DNA of 64,000 bases from Chlorokybus atmophyticus (lineage: Eukaryota; Plantae; Mesostigma and Chlorokybus algae). Under the pieces are notes generated by a model that saw nothing but the letters and a program-made list of their open reading frames with translations, did no database searches and was not told the DNA's origin. This document shows positions 36,745 to 49,024 of this stretch, piece by piece. Made by a program: the position numbers and the translations under genes. Every line of letters begins with the position of its first letter. Position 1 is the first letter of the stretch. The stretch covers positions 1 to 64,000 of the forward strand of contig RHPI01003578.1 in assembly GCA_009103225.1 (NCBI GenBank), read 5' to 3'.

Positions 36745-39700
36745 TGTTGAGAACTAGTGATGTGCATAGTGTGTGTGTATTTGCCTCGTACATACAAGTG
36801 TGCACACACTAAGGACAAGTGCAGCAAGCACGCCAACTATAGAGACAATGTGCGACCCACTGTATTAAGCAGTATACAATGTCTTATACTATGCTTTTAA
36901 GCACTAGTCAACTCTAGTCAATTCTGGTCAAAGTCAACACTAGTCAACACTAGTCAATGGTCAAAGTCAATGGTCAAAGTCAAAGTTGATCATGGTTGAC
37001 TATAACTGCCGTAACTCTTGTAACTCCCGTAACCACAAAGATTAAGCTGATTGTACCAACTACATGTAGGCGCCACCTATACATGTACTTTCAACAAGCT
37101 TTACCATTTAACACTCCCACGCGAGCAGCTTGACCTTGAATTCCATATTCTTCGCGCAAGCTTACCCACATTAAACACTCCCATGGATGTGTTGTGTTGA
37201 AGGTTAAGCATATGAGGTTTGCTAGTATAGTATAGGCGCATACATGCACACTAGTTCTTAACAGCTTATGGGTCCACACATGCTTAGAGTGTGAGTGTGT
37301 TGTGGTCGTGTAGGAAGTTGTGGTTGCCTAAGGGGAGTAGGTTGCGGGCTCTGTGTGTAGCAGAAGAGCAACCAACGCCAAGGAAGCATGGACAACATGA
37401 AAATCACAATTGAGCCACTGGACATGGACAACTATAGCACCTGAAGCATCAAGATGGAGCTGTTGCTGGTACACAAGGACATGTGGAAGTATGTGGACCC
37501 CGCGGAGGATGTGCCTTTAGGAAAGGAGGCAACCTGGGAGAACGAAGGGAGAAAAGCTTTGGCATTGCTGGGTTTGCACGTTGCTGAGCATCACTTGATT
37601 ATGGTGAGAGAGTGCCAAGGTGCAAAGGAGTTTTTAGCAAAGCTGAGAGCCACTTCAAAGCTCGCAACATGACGAGGAGGCTGCAATTGAGGCAAGTGCT
37701 GAACGCATTGCGGAAGGAGAGTGGAGAGCCAATCACCAAGTTTGTGGCGCGTGCAAAGGCGTTGTGGAAGGACTTGCTGGGTGTAGGGCACGAATTGAAA
37801 GAGCAAAAAGTGGTGTGGGTTGTGCTTTTAGGGTTGTCAACGGAGTACAGGGTGGTGGTGACCATTATGGAGTCTGCAACGGAGGAGTTGACACTTGGTG
37901 GCGTAATACCACGGCTTCTTGAAGAAGAGCAGCGCTTGCAGCAGGTAGGTTGGGAAGAAAGGCCGGAATGCAGCTACGGCTTTTATGGTAAAGAAAGGCA
38001 CTCGTGGTAACGGCAAGGAGTGTTGGCGTTGCGGAGAGCGTGGTCACTTCAAGTATTAATGTTCCCAAATGAAGACGTCCACCTACGGGCACTCATGGTA
38101 ACGGCAAGGAGTGCTGGCGTTGCGGCGAGCGTGGTCACTTCAAGTATTAATGTTCATAAATAAAGACGTCCACCTATGGGAGCACCAATAGCAAGAAGGG
38201 TGCGAGAATTGCACTCTAGGGTTATGATGTAGGTTGGAGAAGGAGGAGGAGATGGTGGCAATCTTCTTGTAATGAAGCCGGGAGGATGTAGCTTGGTGCC
38301 GAGTGCGAGCAGTAGTTGGTGGAGGAGGCGTCCTTCATACGCGGGAGCTGGTGTATTCGCGTGCCAAGAGCATGTGGTTGCTGTCTACTCAACAGCATGG
38401 TGTTTGAGCGTGATGCTTGAACATAAATATGAGAGGAGTAGCTGAGCGCGAGAAGCGTGGAGGTTACACTTTGCGAGCATGGTATAGTGCTCAAGGTATA
38501 CTATATGCAAGCGAGCAGTTTGCAGGGTGACAAGCATTGGTAGCAAGCAGCTCGAGGTGCTAGCGTCATGTATTGGAGCGAGAAGTTCCAACTCAACTTG
38601 AAGGCAATAAAGGCGTGGGAGCTTGTGTATGCTTATATGCAGATGCGGACAACAAGCTGCCTGCGTGGGAGTGTTAAAGGTTAAGCATATGAGGCTTGCT
38701 AGTATGCTTATAGTTCATGTTGAAGGTTAAGCATATGAGATTTGCTAGTATAGTATGCTTATAGTACCTGTGTGCTACCAAAGACAACTCCACAGCACTG
38801 CAACCTATAGTGTATGCAGCTCAACACCAGCAACTACTCATAGGCTAGTAGTAACTCTCACAGACCTTTGTGTCTGCGACCTCCGTCTACGCATGTCCTT
38901 CACGCGCCCTTGCAGTGGAGAGGACGGACGAACACCATCCACTACAACTCCTTGAGATCCTCACCAATGCTAGAAAGTAATCGCCATTAAGGCGTGCTCC
39001 TCCTTGGTTGCCTCATCGTGGATCCTCTTCTGGCACTCGCGAATGAAGTGGCCCCTCATCTTGCAGTAGTGACACTCTTTGTCACGTGATGGCTTCCCAC
39101 CACCTGCTTTGCTCTTGCTTCGTGTGTGTTGAGAAGATGAGGCAAAAAGTGCAATAGGTTCTCCACCATTCTCTATCTCCCGAACATCCAACTTGCCTTC
39201 CACAGCTAGCAGCTTAGGCACTACATCAGCAAACTTCAAAACCACATTGGGAGACTCCAACACAGTCATTAGCGTAGCAAAGCTCTTGCCTAAGCCAGCT
39301 AAGACTGTCCACATCACCTCTTCTTCCTTCACATCGTGGCCCACTGCTGCAAGGTCTTGCAAAAGATCCCTTGCACGCGCAATTTAAAAGTACAAATGTA
39401 ATTTTGGATTGGCTCTTTGTGCTCCAACTTCACAAGTGTCAGCTTGCGTCTCAGCTGCAACTTGCGCAAGTTGCTGCTGGCCTTGAAGAGGGTGTCAAAG
39501 ACCTCCCACGCCTTACATTCAGTCTTGCAATCCGCAATAAGAGGGAAATGGAAGTCTTTAACATGCAAGCCTATCAGCGCAAAAGCTGATTATGAGTGAG
39601 CTGTCTAGGTACCAGCGTCACCTGTTTTTGGCCGCAATGATGTGGAGGAGGTGGGGTCGACAAAACTCCAGAGCTTCTTGCGGATCAGCACCAACTTCAT

Positions 39701-40271
39701 CTTCAGCGACCATGAAGCGTAGTTGTGTAGATCAAGGGACTCAATGGGCATCCTATTTGTGTCAGCCATTGCTTGCTACACAATGGTACAACTTACCCTC
39801 TCGCCAAGAACACTCTACTAGTAGGTGCATATGCTCAACACTTTCTCTCACTAGCACAAGCAATCACACAAGCGAGTGTGGGCCCATAACCTTCTAAAAA
39901 CTAGTGATGCGCCTAGTATGTGTGTTTTTGCCTCTTACATACAAGTGTGCACACACTAAGGACAAGTGCAGCAAGCACGCCAACCATAGAGACACTGCGC
40001 GACCCACTGTATTAAGCAGTATACAATGTCTTATATACTATGCTATTAAGCACTAGTCAACTCTAGTCAACTCTGGTCAAAGTCAACACTAGTCAACACT
40101 AGTCAATGGTCAAAGTCAACAGTCAAAGTTAAAGTTGTTCATGGTTGACCATAACTGCCATAACTCCCGTAACTCTCGTAACTCCCGTAACTATAAAGGT
40201 TAAGCTGGTTGTACCAACTACATGTAGGCGCCACCTATATATGTACTTTCAACAAGCTATAACATTTAACA
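36745..40271 (-). mobile_element. Chimeric non-autonomous LTR element: family A shell (LTRs 36745-37113 and 39892-40271, gag on minus) containing an inverted family B gag element (37195-38765, gag on plus)
   Basis: Perfect TSD ACAGC (36740-36744 and 40272-40276); two PBSs; two convergent decayed gag genes; about 340 bp of the A internal region is replaced. Confidence 0.9.
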
Positions 40272-40504
40272 ACAGCGACTATACCTTTTCGTACCAAGTG
40301 CTTCGCAGGTGCACAGGCCGCGGGGGGCGCGACCAGCCTTGGTCCCGTCTATTCCATGATCTTGTGTGTTAGACCATATCATCTGGCTCTGAGACTGTAC
40401 CACAGTGGTCCAGTCACACCGAACCAGTCGCGTACACGGGTACACAACATTGTATTGGACGTGATCTGCTGGCCGCGTATGCTTGTTTTGCGCGTAAAAA
40501 TCGC

Positions 40505-40650
40505 TGTGTGGTGTACCTTGACCGAATGCTGTGTAGGCTATGAAGTTGACAACGAAGTAAAAGTCAATTGTACATGGTGCGGTGACCAATTCCATGCATT
40601 GTGTACCAACGCACCACCGAACGCCATTTCTTGGCGATGCGTGCGTCCGC
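40505..40650 (+). pseudogene. PHD-finger-like coding remnant
   Basis: WCTLTECCVGYEVDNEVKVNCTWCGDQFHALCTNAPPNAISWRCVR fits C4-H-C3 spacing with the conserved W; last Cys missing. Confidence 0.55.
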
Positions 40651-41803
40651 TGTTAATGAGCATCATCGTTGTGTTGCATACATGTTCATGCACCGTCAGG
40701 TCATATCTTGTGTACTGATATGTGCGACATGGTTGGCAGGCTGTCCGCTCAGCAGTGAGGTTGTCATAGGCCTTGTAGGTCTCGATGCGGATGGTGCTAT
40801 GTACACTAGATGATCTATGCAATGACAATGATCCTTTGCCTTGCTGCCACCTTGCTCTAGGACTCGCTTCGCTCTGCTTGCAATAGCACACATTGTGCTA
40901 TAGCCATCTATTCTATTCAATAATGCTTATCTTCTGTACTGATTGCTTTGCTATAGATGATGTGTTGTACACGTGAGTGCACCAGCGTTTGCATGTGGCC
41001 ACGTGCGTGCGTGGCAAGTTATGTAATTCAGATGATCTGTATGTAGTGCGTGACAATAATTGTTGAAGGTTACTCAAAATCAATAAGCAATTACCGTGTT
41101 CTTTTGCATCGTGTGAGTGCACAAGTGTTTGCATGTGGCCACATGTGTTTTTGATATTGCATGTGTGCGTGGCACGTACAAGGGACTGATGTGTATATAG
41201 TGTACAGGATATGTGATGTGCTATTGTGGTAGCAAGCACTCACGCATAACAACAATGCTCAGCTGTAAGTTAAGCAATGTGCAAGCAGGTACGGTCTTTA
41301 TTTGTATCATATGAGTGTCTCTTGCCACACAACTGCCGCATTATTACAATAACAATCTTTGCAAGGAGTTACTCAAAATCAAGCTACTTATTTGGCTTGC
41401 ACTTGCTCGAACAATTTGGTTGAGCACATATATATATAGAGAGAGAGAGAGACAGACGGCCATGGGTATTGGGACTCAGCATCCGGAGCATACCTATACG
41501 GGCATGTCCAATGCTGATGCGCATTCACTATTGGTGCTGCATTGCCTGAATAGTAACAGCACCGCCGACAAGTCTTCCCCACCGTTTGCCCCTCCGCCCT
41601 TGCCAGACCCCACCACCGCATCACGGACACGAAGCATAGCACTGCCAGATTGTGTGGATGGTGAGGCTGTCATTGCTGCGTAAGAAGGCTTGTCGGTGGG
41701 TTTGGGGGGGGGGGGGCTCAATGTGTCTCATTAATCAATGCCGTTGACAGTGGAGTCGTGTACAAAGTTACACGCACAGAGGAGTATATGATATCTTGCC
41801 CTC

Positions 41804-44080
41804 TGTTAGATGTTATAGCTTGTTAACAGTACATGTATAGGTGGCGCCTACATGTAATTGGTACGATCAGCTTAACCTTTATAGTTACGGCAGTTATGGC
41901 AGTTATGGTCACCCATGATCAACTTTGATTTTGACCGTTGACTTTGACGATTGACTAGTGTTAACTAGTGTTGAATTTGACCAGAGTTGACTAGAGTTTA
42001 CTAGCTTAGTATGTAAGACACTGTATACTGCTTGATACAGTGGGTCGCACATTGTCTTTATAGTTGGCGTGCTTGCTGCACTTGTCCTTCGTGTGTGCAC
42101 ACTTGTATGTAGAGGCAAATACACACACACCAGGCGCATCACTAGTTCTTAATAAGTTACGGGCCCACACTCGCTTGTGTGATTGCTGGTGCTAGTGAGT
42201 AAAAGTGTTGAGCATCGGCGCCTACTAGTAGAGTGTTGTTTGGGGAGAGGGTGAGTTGTACTTGTGTAGCAAGCAATGGCTGACACAAATAGGATGCCCA
42301 TTGAGTCCCTTGATCTGCACAACTACGCTTCATGGTCGCCGAAGATGAAGTTGGTGCTGATCCGCAAGAAGCTCTGGAGTTTTGTCGACCCCACCTCCTC
42401 CACATCATTGCGGCCAAGAACAGGTGACACTGGTGTTTGGACCGAGAACTCGCAATCAGCTGTCGCGCTGATAGGCTTGCACGTCAAAGACTTCCATCTC
42501 CCTCTTATTGCGGATGCAATACTGGACATTAGGTGCGGGAGGTCTTCGACACCCTCTCCATGGCCAATAGCGACTCGCGCAAGTTGCAGCTGAGACGCAA
42601 GCTGACACTTCGGAAGATGGAGCACAAAGAGCCAATTCAGAAGTAGTCTCGCGTGCAAGGGAGCTTTGGCAAGACCTTGCAGCAGTGGGCCACAATGTGA
42701 AGGAAAAGGAGGTGATGTGGGCAGTCTTAGCTGGCTTAGGAAAGAGCTTTGCTACACTAGTGACTGTGTTGGAGTCCTCTAATGTGGTTTTGAAGTTTGC
42801 TGATGTAGTGCCTAAGCTGCTAGCTGTGGAAGGCAAGTTGGATGTTCAGGAGATACAGAATGGTGGAGAACCTATCGCACTTGCTACCTCATCTTTTCAA
42901 CACACACGCAGCGAGGAGCAAAGCAGGTGGTGGGAAGCCATCACGTGACAAAGAGTGTCACTGCTGCAAGATGAAGGGCCACTTTTTTGCGAGTGCCAGA
43001 AGAGGATCCGCGACGAGGCAACCAAGGAGAAGCACGCCACAATGGTGATTGCTTTTGAGCATTGGTGAGGACCTCAAGAAGTTGCAGTGGATGGTGTTCG
43101 TCCGTCCTCTCCCACTGCAAGGGCGCGTGAAGGACATGCGTAGACGGAGGTCGCAGACGCAAAGGTCTGTGAGAGTTACTACTAGCCTATGAGTAGTGGC
43201 TGGTGTAAAGCTGCATACAATAGAGGTTGCATTGCGGTGGAATTGTTTTTGATAGCACACAGGTGTGCGGTGCTGGTTAGAACACTTCACTTGATTGGCA
43301 TGCAAGGACTGAGTTGTATAGCTAGCTAACAGGAGATGGGAGGGGTGCTTTCCTTGGTAGAAGGGTCTGATCAACCCTTGCACGGCCTACACTCTGGTAT
43401 AGCATTGCTAAGGTAGAGAACTCGTTGTAGTTTATAGCATAGTTTGCCGTTGAGGGAGTCTTTAAAACCACCTGAGCAAGGTCAGGCGTGGTGGAACCTG
43501 ATGCGACAACTATGAGGAGGAAACAAGGAGTATTGGAAGCTGTAGTTCTGCTGGCAGCATAAGGAGAAGGATGGTGTCATGCAGACAAGCATTAAGTCCG
43601 TGGGAGCAACACATCCGCGGGAGTGTTCATTAGAGTAAGTTAATGTGGCTAAGCTTGCGAGAAAAACTTGGAGTTCAAGGTCAAGCTGCTCGCGTGGGAG
43701 TGTTGAATGTTATAGCTTGTTGAAAGTTCATGTATAGGTGGCGCCTATATGTAGTTGGTACGATCAGCATAACCATTACAATTACGGGAGTTACGAGAGT
43801 TACGGGAGTTATGGCAGTTATGGTCAACCATGATCAACTTTGACTTTGACTATTAACTTTGACCATTGACTGGTGTTAACTAGTGTGGACTTTGACCAGA
43901 GTTGACTAGAGTTGCCTAGTGCTTAGTAGCATAGCATATAAGACACTGTATACTGCTTAATACAGTGGGTCGCACATTCTCTCTATAGTTGGCGTGCTTG
44001 CTGCACTTGTCCTCAGTGTGTGCACAATTGTATGTAAGAGGCAAATACACACACACCAGGCGCATCACTAGTTCTCAACA
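41804..44080 (+). mobile_element. Gag-only non-autonomous LTR element (family A), complete copy
   Basis: LTRs 41804-42154 and 43701-44080; PBS-like AGTTACGGGCCCAC; gag from 42276 nearly identical to 14646; TSD CCCTC/CTCTC (4 of 5 match). Confidence 0.92.
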
Positions 44081-44900
44081 CTCTCTACCAGCTAAGTCAA
44101 ACTTTGATTTATGCTGGTAACTATGCAAATGGCGTTTCAACTTACAAAAGCAAGATTGATCTGCCTTATACATGCGCATTTGTTCTGCAACATATACATT
44201 CCATTTGCGCGCCATAACGCCCAAATTAGCGACTCCAAATCCGTTGGCCAGCTCCGTATATAAGGACAACCGCATGTTTTTTTCAGCCACGCTGGTGACT
44301 GAACATGCGTACTTGGGTATGCAATGAGTTGCGCATCCTCGTTGGATTTGTGTTGCGCTTTTGGTAAAGTGACACTACTCAACGTAGCCATTTGTTGCGC
44401 ACCTATATGCGGCGTTGCTATTGCTGGTGCGCCACGCACATAGATAGGACGTGCACAATTGTCCAAAACATCTGCAAGCATGACAAATATGGCGTAAATA
44501 CGCACCGATGCATGGTATTGTGCATGCTTACACCAGCATGCACAATACCTTGAAAGAACGACATCATCTACTTCAATGGCCCGTGTGTTGCTTTACGCGT
44601 CTAGTGGCACATGTCGGCCCAATAAGTTTATAGCATGCGTGGTGGGTGTTGTTGCTATCGGCGCTATAGTGCCGCACTCCAGCGTGTTTAATGGGGCCTG
44701 AGCGCATGGGCGAAGCATACAGCATACTGGTTGACGGCACCGCACTATATAGCACATCTCTGTAGGATGAGCTTGCAGCATGTGGCGCGTGCTGTAACCA
44801 GACTACAGCGCCTACTAACCGTAGGCGCTGTAGTCTCGTGCTCAGGCATGTTTAACTCCATTAAGACAGCACAAATGCGCAAGGCAGTTACCGTGACTAT
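44081..44900 (-). pseudogene. Possible Zisupton/KDZ-like transposase C-terminal relic, interrupted by the family A element
   Basis: VTARAT..GAVNQYAVCFAHALRPH*TRWS and LGVMARKWNVYV..CKLKRHLHSYQHK resemble the post-catalytic region of KDZ transposases; many TAG/TAA stops. Confidence 0.4.
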
Positions 44901-45493
44901 CTTGATTCTGACCAAGCTTATCGGCACACAATACATGTGCACGTGAGTATAGGTTTCTGGTTTGGGGAGGGGGGCAGTGTGGATACCTGAGTTTGTGTCG
45001 CATGTTGGCCGCATGTGCGCGCACATTGCGCGCCTGTGCATCCTAGTTGTTAGCGGCTTGAGAAGGCTTTTACACCTTGCACATTCATCCCTCCCATATT
45101 ACATGATGCCGCAGTTGCCGACGTGCTGACATTTATATTGTGAGATGAAGCGAGCACCTGCATACATGTCATCGCTGTATGTTTCCCCTACCAGCCGACT
45201 AAATATTAGCAACGCCCATGCACCTGCGGATACGCAGTTAGATTATTGTGGCTTAGTCCACCTGAAATCTCGATATATAGCCCTGATGTAAAGGTCGTCA
45301 CCATCAGTCGGCGGCATATGAGTTCATGAAGCGCATGAAATGCGCGCCCATGAACTCAAGAACTCGTTAATGAGTTATGAGACTCTTGTGCCCCTAGTGC
45401 CTCGGGCACTAGGGGGCACAAGCACTCACTAGGCGTGAGTGTGAGCCACAAGCTCCTTATCTAGCTTGAAACCCTAGCACGGCGGCGCCATCC

Positions 45494-48400
45494 TTGGCGA
45501 GGGTGGCGAGTGTGGTGAGGGGGAAGGGGGACCTTCACCATGGACAAGAGGTTGACGCGGGCGCAAGCAAGCGCCCAAGGGCAAGCGAGGACGTGGAAGC
45601 CTCGGCGGCGGCGGCTCTCATGGCCTCCAACCGCTTGGCAAAGGCGAGAAGTTCGCGTCGCCAGACCTTGAGTGAGGAGGAGGAGAGGCGAGCGGAGAGT
45701 GAGGAGAAAAGAAAGCACCCCCCCGTGGTGGATGGGGAGGAGGTGAACAAGGATGGTGATGGTGATGGTGATGGTGATGGTCATGGTGATGGTGATGATG
45801 AGGATGATCATGACGACGACGACCCGCCCGCGGTCACTTACAAGCGTAGAAAGAGGGCGGCAAGCCCGGTTTCCAACGCCTCCACCACACCCACGGAGGC
45901 CATGGCGAGGAGGTTGGAGGAGTTGGAAGCGGAAAACATCCGCCTCAAGCGTGGAAAAGCGCCCGCCATCCCTCTTGATGAGCCCATGGACGAGCCCAAC
46001 CATCCACTACTTGTGAGCATCCTTCGCCGCGAGAGCGACTCCAACACTCCTAATGCTCGGGTGGCGGCGATGTGCAACCGCTACACCGAGCCCGCGACCC
46101 CTTGGAAGGAGAACTTGAAGAAGCGGGCTCGGCAACATGTGGATGTGGCGGCTCACATCGGCGCGGCAGCGAGCTCATTCGACCGTGTGCCCGCTCACTT
46201 TCTCAACGATCTTCATTTCGCTCATGGTCGCCGGGAGAACATGAAAGGTGGGCTCATTCTTTGTAGCGTCATGTGCACGAGCGTCCATACAAACATCATC
46301 ATGTGGGTGCGGACTTGGTCCAGGCCCACTTGCACATGCGTGCGCTATGGGCCTTATAAAGGCGCTTCCCCTGGTCAACATAGATGCACGAGATGCATTT
46401 GTTCCGCATCCCTCCTCCCCCCATGTCCGGCGGGGGGGGAGGGCCCGCACTTAACACCTTTGCATGCTCACCCCTGTATTCACATTATGACTACCTCACA
46501 GCAAGGTAACAAGCACAACAGGGCACATCATATGCATCCGCATCCGCAGGGCATGTGGTAGGTAAAGTTGAGGGTGGGATGTGGGTGCGCTTGGCGCTGG
46601 ACCCTATGGCTTTGAGCCAGTGTGCTGATGCAACTCGTGTTGCTTACATGTGCTTTGTGCGCAGCGTTTGAGGAGGTATTCAAACAGTTTTACTACTTAG
46701 AAGTAGCCAACAAACACAACCGACGCCGAGGCGAAGCGCCTTAAGAAGGCAATCAAGGAGGCGGCTGCGGCGCAGCCCAAGCCCAAGGCAAAGCCTGCCT
46801 ACACTCCTAACAAGGGGCGGGGCCAGTACCCCCCTCGCTACTCTGGGTCCTACGCATCTGGTGCGGGGAACACCAGCTACAGGACCGCTCCCATGCAATC
46901 TCAGGCCGCTTCTACAGGGGGCCAGCGTGACACCCGCACCTGTTACAACTGTGGGGAGCCTGGGCACCTGCGTGCCTATTGCCGTAAGGCCTCCACTGAC
47001 CGTGGGGGCCGGTAGAACAGCTTTGTAGCTGATGTGACAGCCCCGTAGCTGTACACTTGCACTCGTTGATGCTGTAGCCCGGTGGGGCACCTTTTTGTGT
47101 TTGCGACTGCTATATTAGTGAATGAAACTGCGAGCGTGGTGAATGAAAGTGGAAGTTTGGTGGTTTAAACTTGGCGAAATCACCATTTTGCTTGTAACTT
47201 TGTTTTGTGGTCTCAGAACACCCCTAAAACACTCTGGGATCATCACCATGAGGCGGAGAGGCTTAGATCGATTAAATTAGAATCGGTTTCAGACACTGTT
47301 TGCGCCTGTTATGGTTAATTGGTGATGCTAAGGGCTTTGGGCCCTTGAACGCCATTGAACATCAATGCTACTCGGTGGTTGCCTTTATGAGCACTAGAGC
47401 TTTGCAATGAGCCCGTTCTCATGGCATTTGGACAGTATATGCAATAGTTGTGGCGGTTTAGGTGTTGCAATGTGCACACGCGGGTACGCTAGGAGTGCAT
47501 CCATAGTAACACCAGTTGTCTACAGGGGCGTACACTAGCACGGAGGAGAAACTTGTGCACGACTGGATGAAGCATCATGAGTTTGCGCGTGTGCCTGCAA
47601 ACCTCACCGTTGAGGGACCTTACATGCGTCATCGATTGCGTAATGCTCTTCCTGCATGGCGCGCATTCGGCGAGTCTACTATGGTCTTGTCTTGAGTGGA
47701 GTATGGCTACAAACTACCGTGGGCTCAAGACCCGCCGCCAGAATGGGCGTTCACCAACCATAAGGGGGTACACGAGTTTGCGGACTTCACTGCAGCGGCC
47801 ATTGCCAACTTGGTTCATAGTGGGGCTGCACAAGAGTGTGTCACGCCCCCCCTCGTGGTGAGCCCACTCAATGTGGTGGATGATGGGCGCAAGCTACGCC
47901 TCATCATGGACTTGCGCTATGTCAACTCCTACTTGGTGAACACGCCGTTCAAGTATGAAGATGTGCGCAGCATCCTAGACTTGCTGCAATCCGAGGACTG
48001 GTTGTTCTCCACGGACTTGAAGTCTGGATATCACCATGTGGACATTCACCCCGCCTTTTGGGGCTATCTGGGGTTCTCGTTTGCGGGCAAAGTGTACAAC
48101 TTTTGCTCGTTGCCATTTGGGTTGAGCACGGCGTGCTTTGTATTCACCAAAGTGATGAAGCAATTGGTGAGGCGCTGGCGTGTGCAAGGCATCCGTGTAT
48201 TGCCCTAAATTGATGACTTCCTCTTTGCTGCTCGTTCACGGGCAGCACATGCTTCCACCCTGGCTGTGGTGCAAGCAGACGCAGCGTGGTGCGGGTTAGT
48301 AATCAACACCAAGGCACAGACTGTGCTTAGCAGAGTCATCGTCTTCCTCGGCTTTGTGTGGGATACACACGCTGGCACCATATGTGTCCCGGGCAAGAAG

Positions 48401-49024
48401 CGGGATGGTTTGCTCAGAGACTTGCAGCGCGCCTTTCGAGATACGCGCCATGTGCCGGTGAAGTTGCTAGCCCGCATCTGTGGCAAGCTGCAATCCATGT
48501 TCCTAGTGTTGGGTCCTGCCGTCAAACTCATGACTTGGCATACACGCCGATTGATTGAGACCCGCCGCTCATGGAGCTTTCACTTGGTGCTTCGCCAACC
48601 AGAGATCAAGGAGTTGACGTGGCTGCGAGAACACTTTGCGGAGCTCAACACGGCACCCATTTGGCCTACAGTGCAGCCGGACATTGTGCAGTTTGTGGAT
48701 GCTAGCGGCACCGGTTGGGGACTAGTGCGCCATGGCACAGCTACCCCGGTGGCGAGAGGCACATTCACACCCGATGAGTGCTTGACTTCATCGACATACC
48801 GCGAGCTGTTGGGACTCGAGCGTGCCCTGCTCACCGTGGAGGAGGAGCTACATGGACGCACAGTGCTATGCTATGGGGATGCCCGCAATGTGTATTACAT
48901 TATGCGCAAAGGGGGCAGTGAGGCCGAGCACTTGCAGCAAGTGGCATGCCGTATCTTCTTGCATTGCCATCGGCATTGCATCCGCTTGCATGTTGAGTGA
49001 TTGCCACGTGAGCTGAATGAGGAG
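45494..49024 (+). mobile_element. DIRS-type retrotransposon, 3'-truncated (gag with intron(s), RT, RNase H; no tyrosine recombinase visible)
   Basis: Gag CCHC CYNCGEPGHLRAYC (~46940-46985); RT RLRNALPAW..GYKLPW..SPLNVV..RLIMDLRYVN..DLKSGYHH..LPFGL..*IDD; RH DASGTGWG..SSTYRELLG..GDARNV..LPRELNE. Confidence 0.9.
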
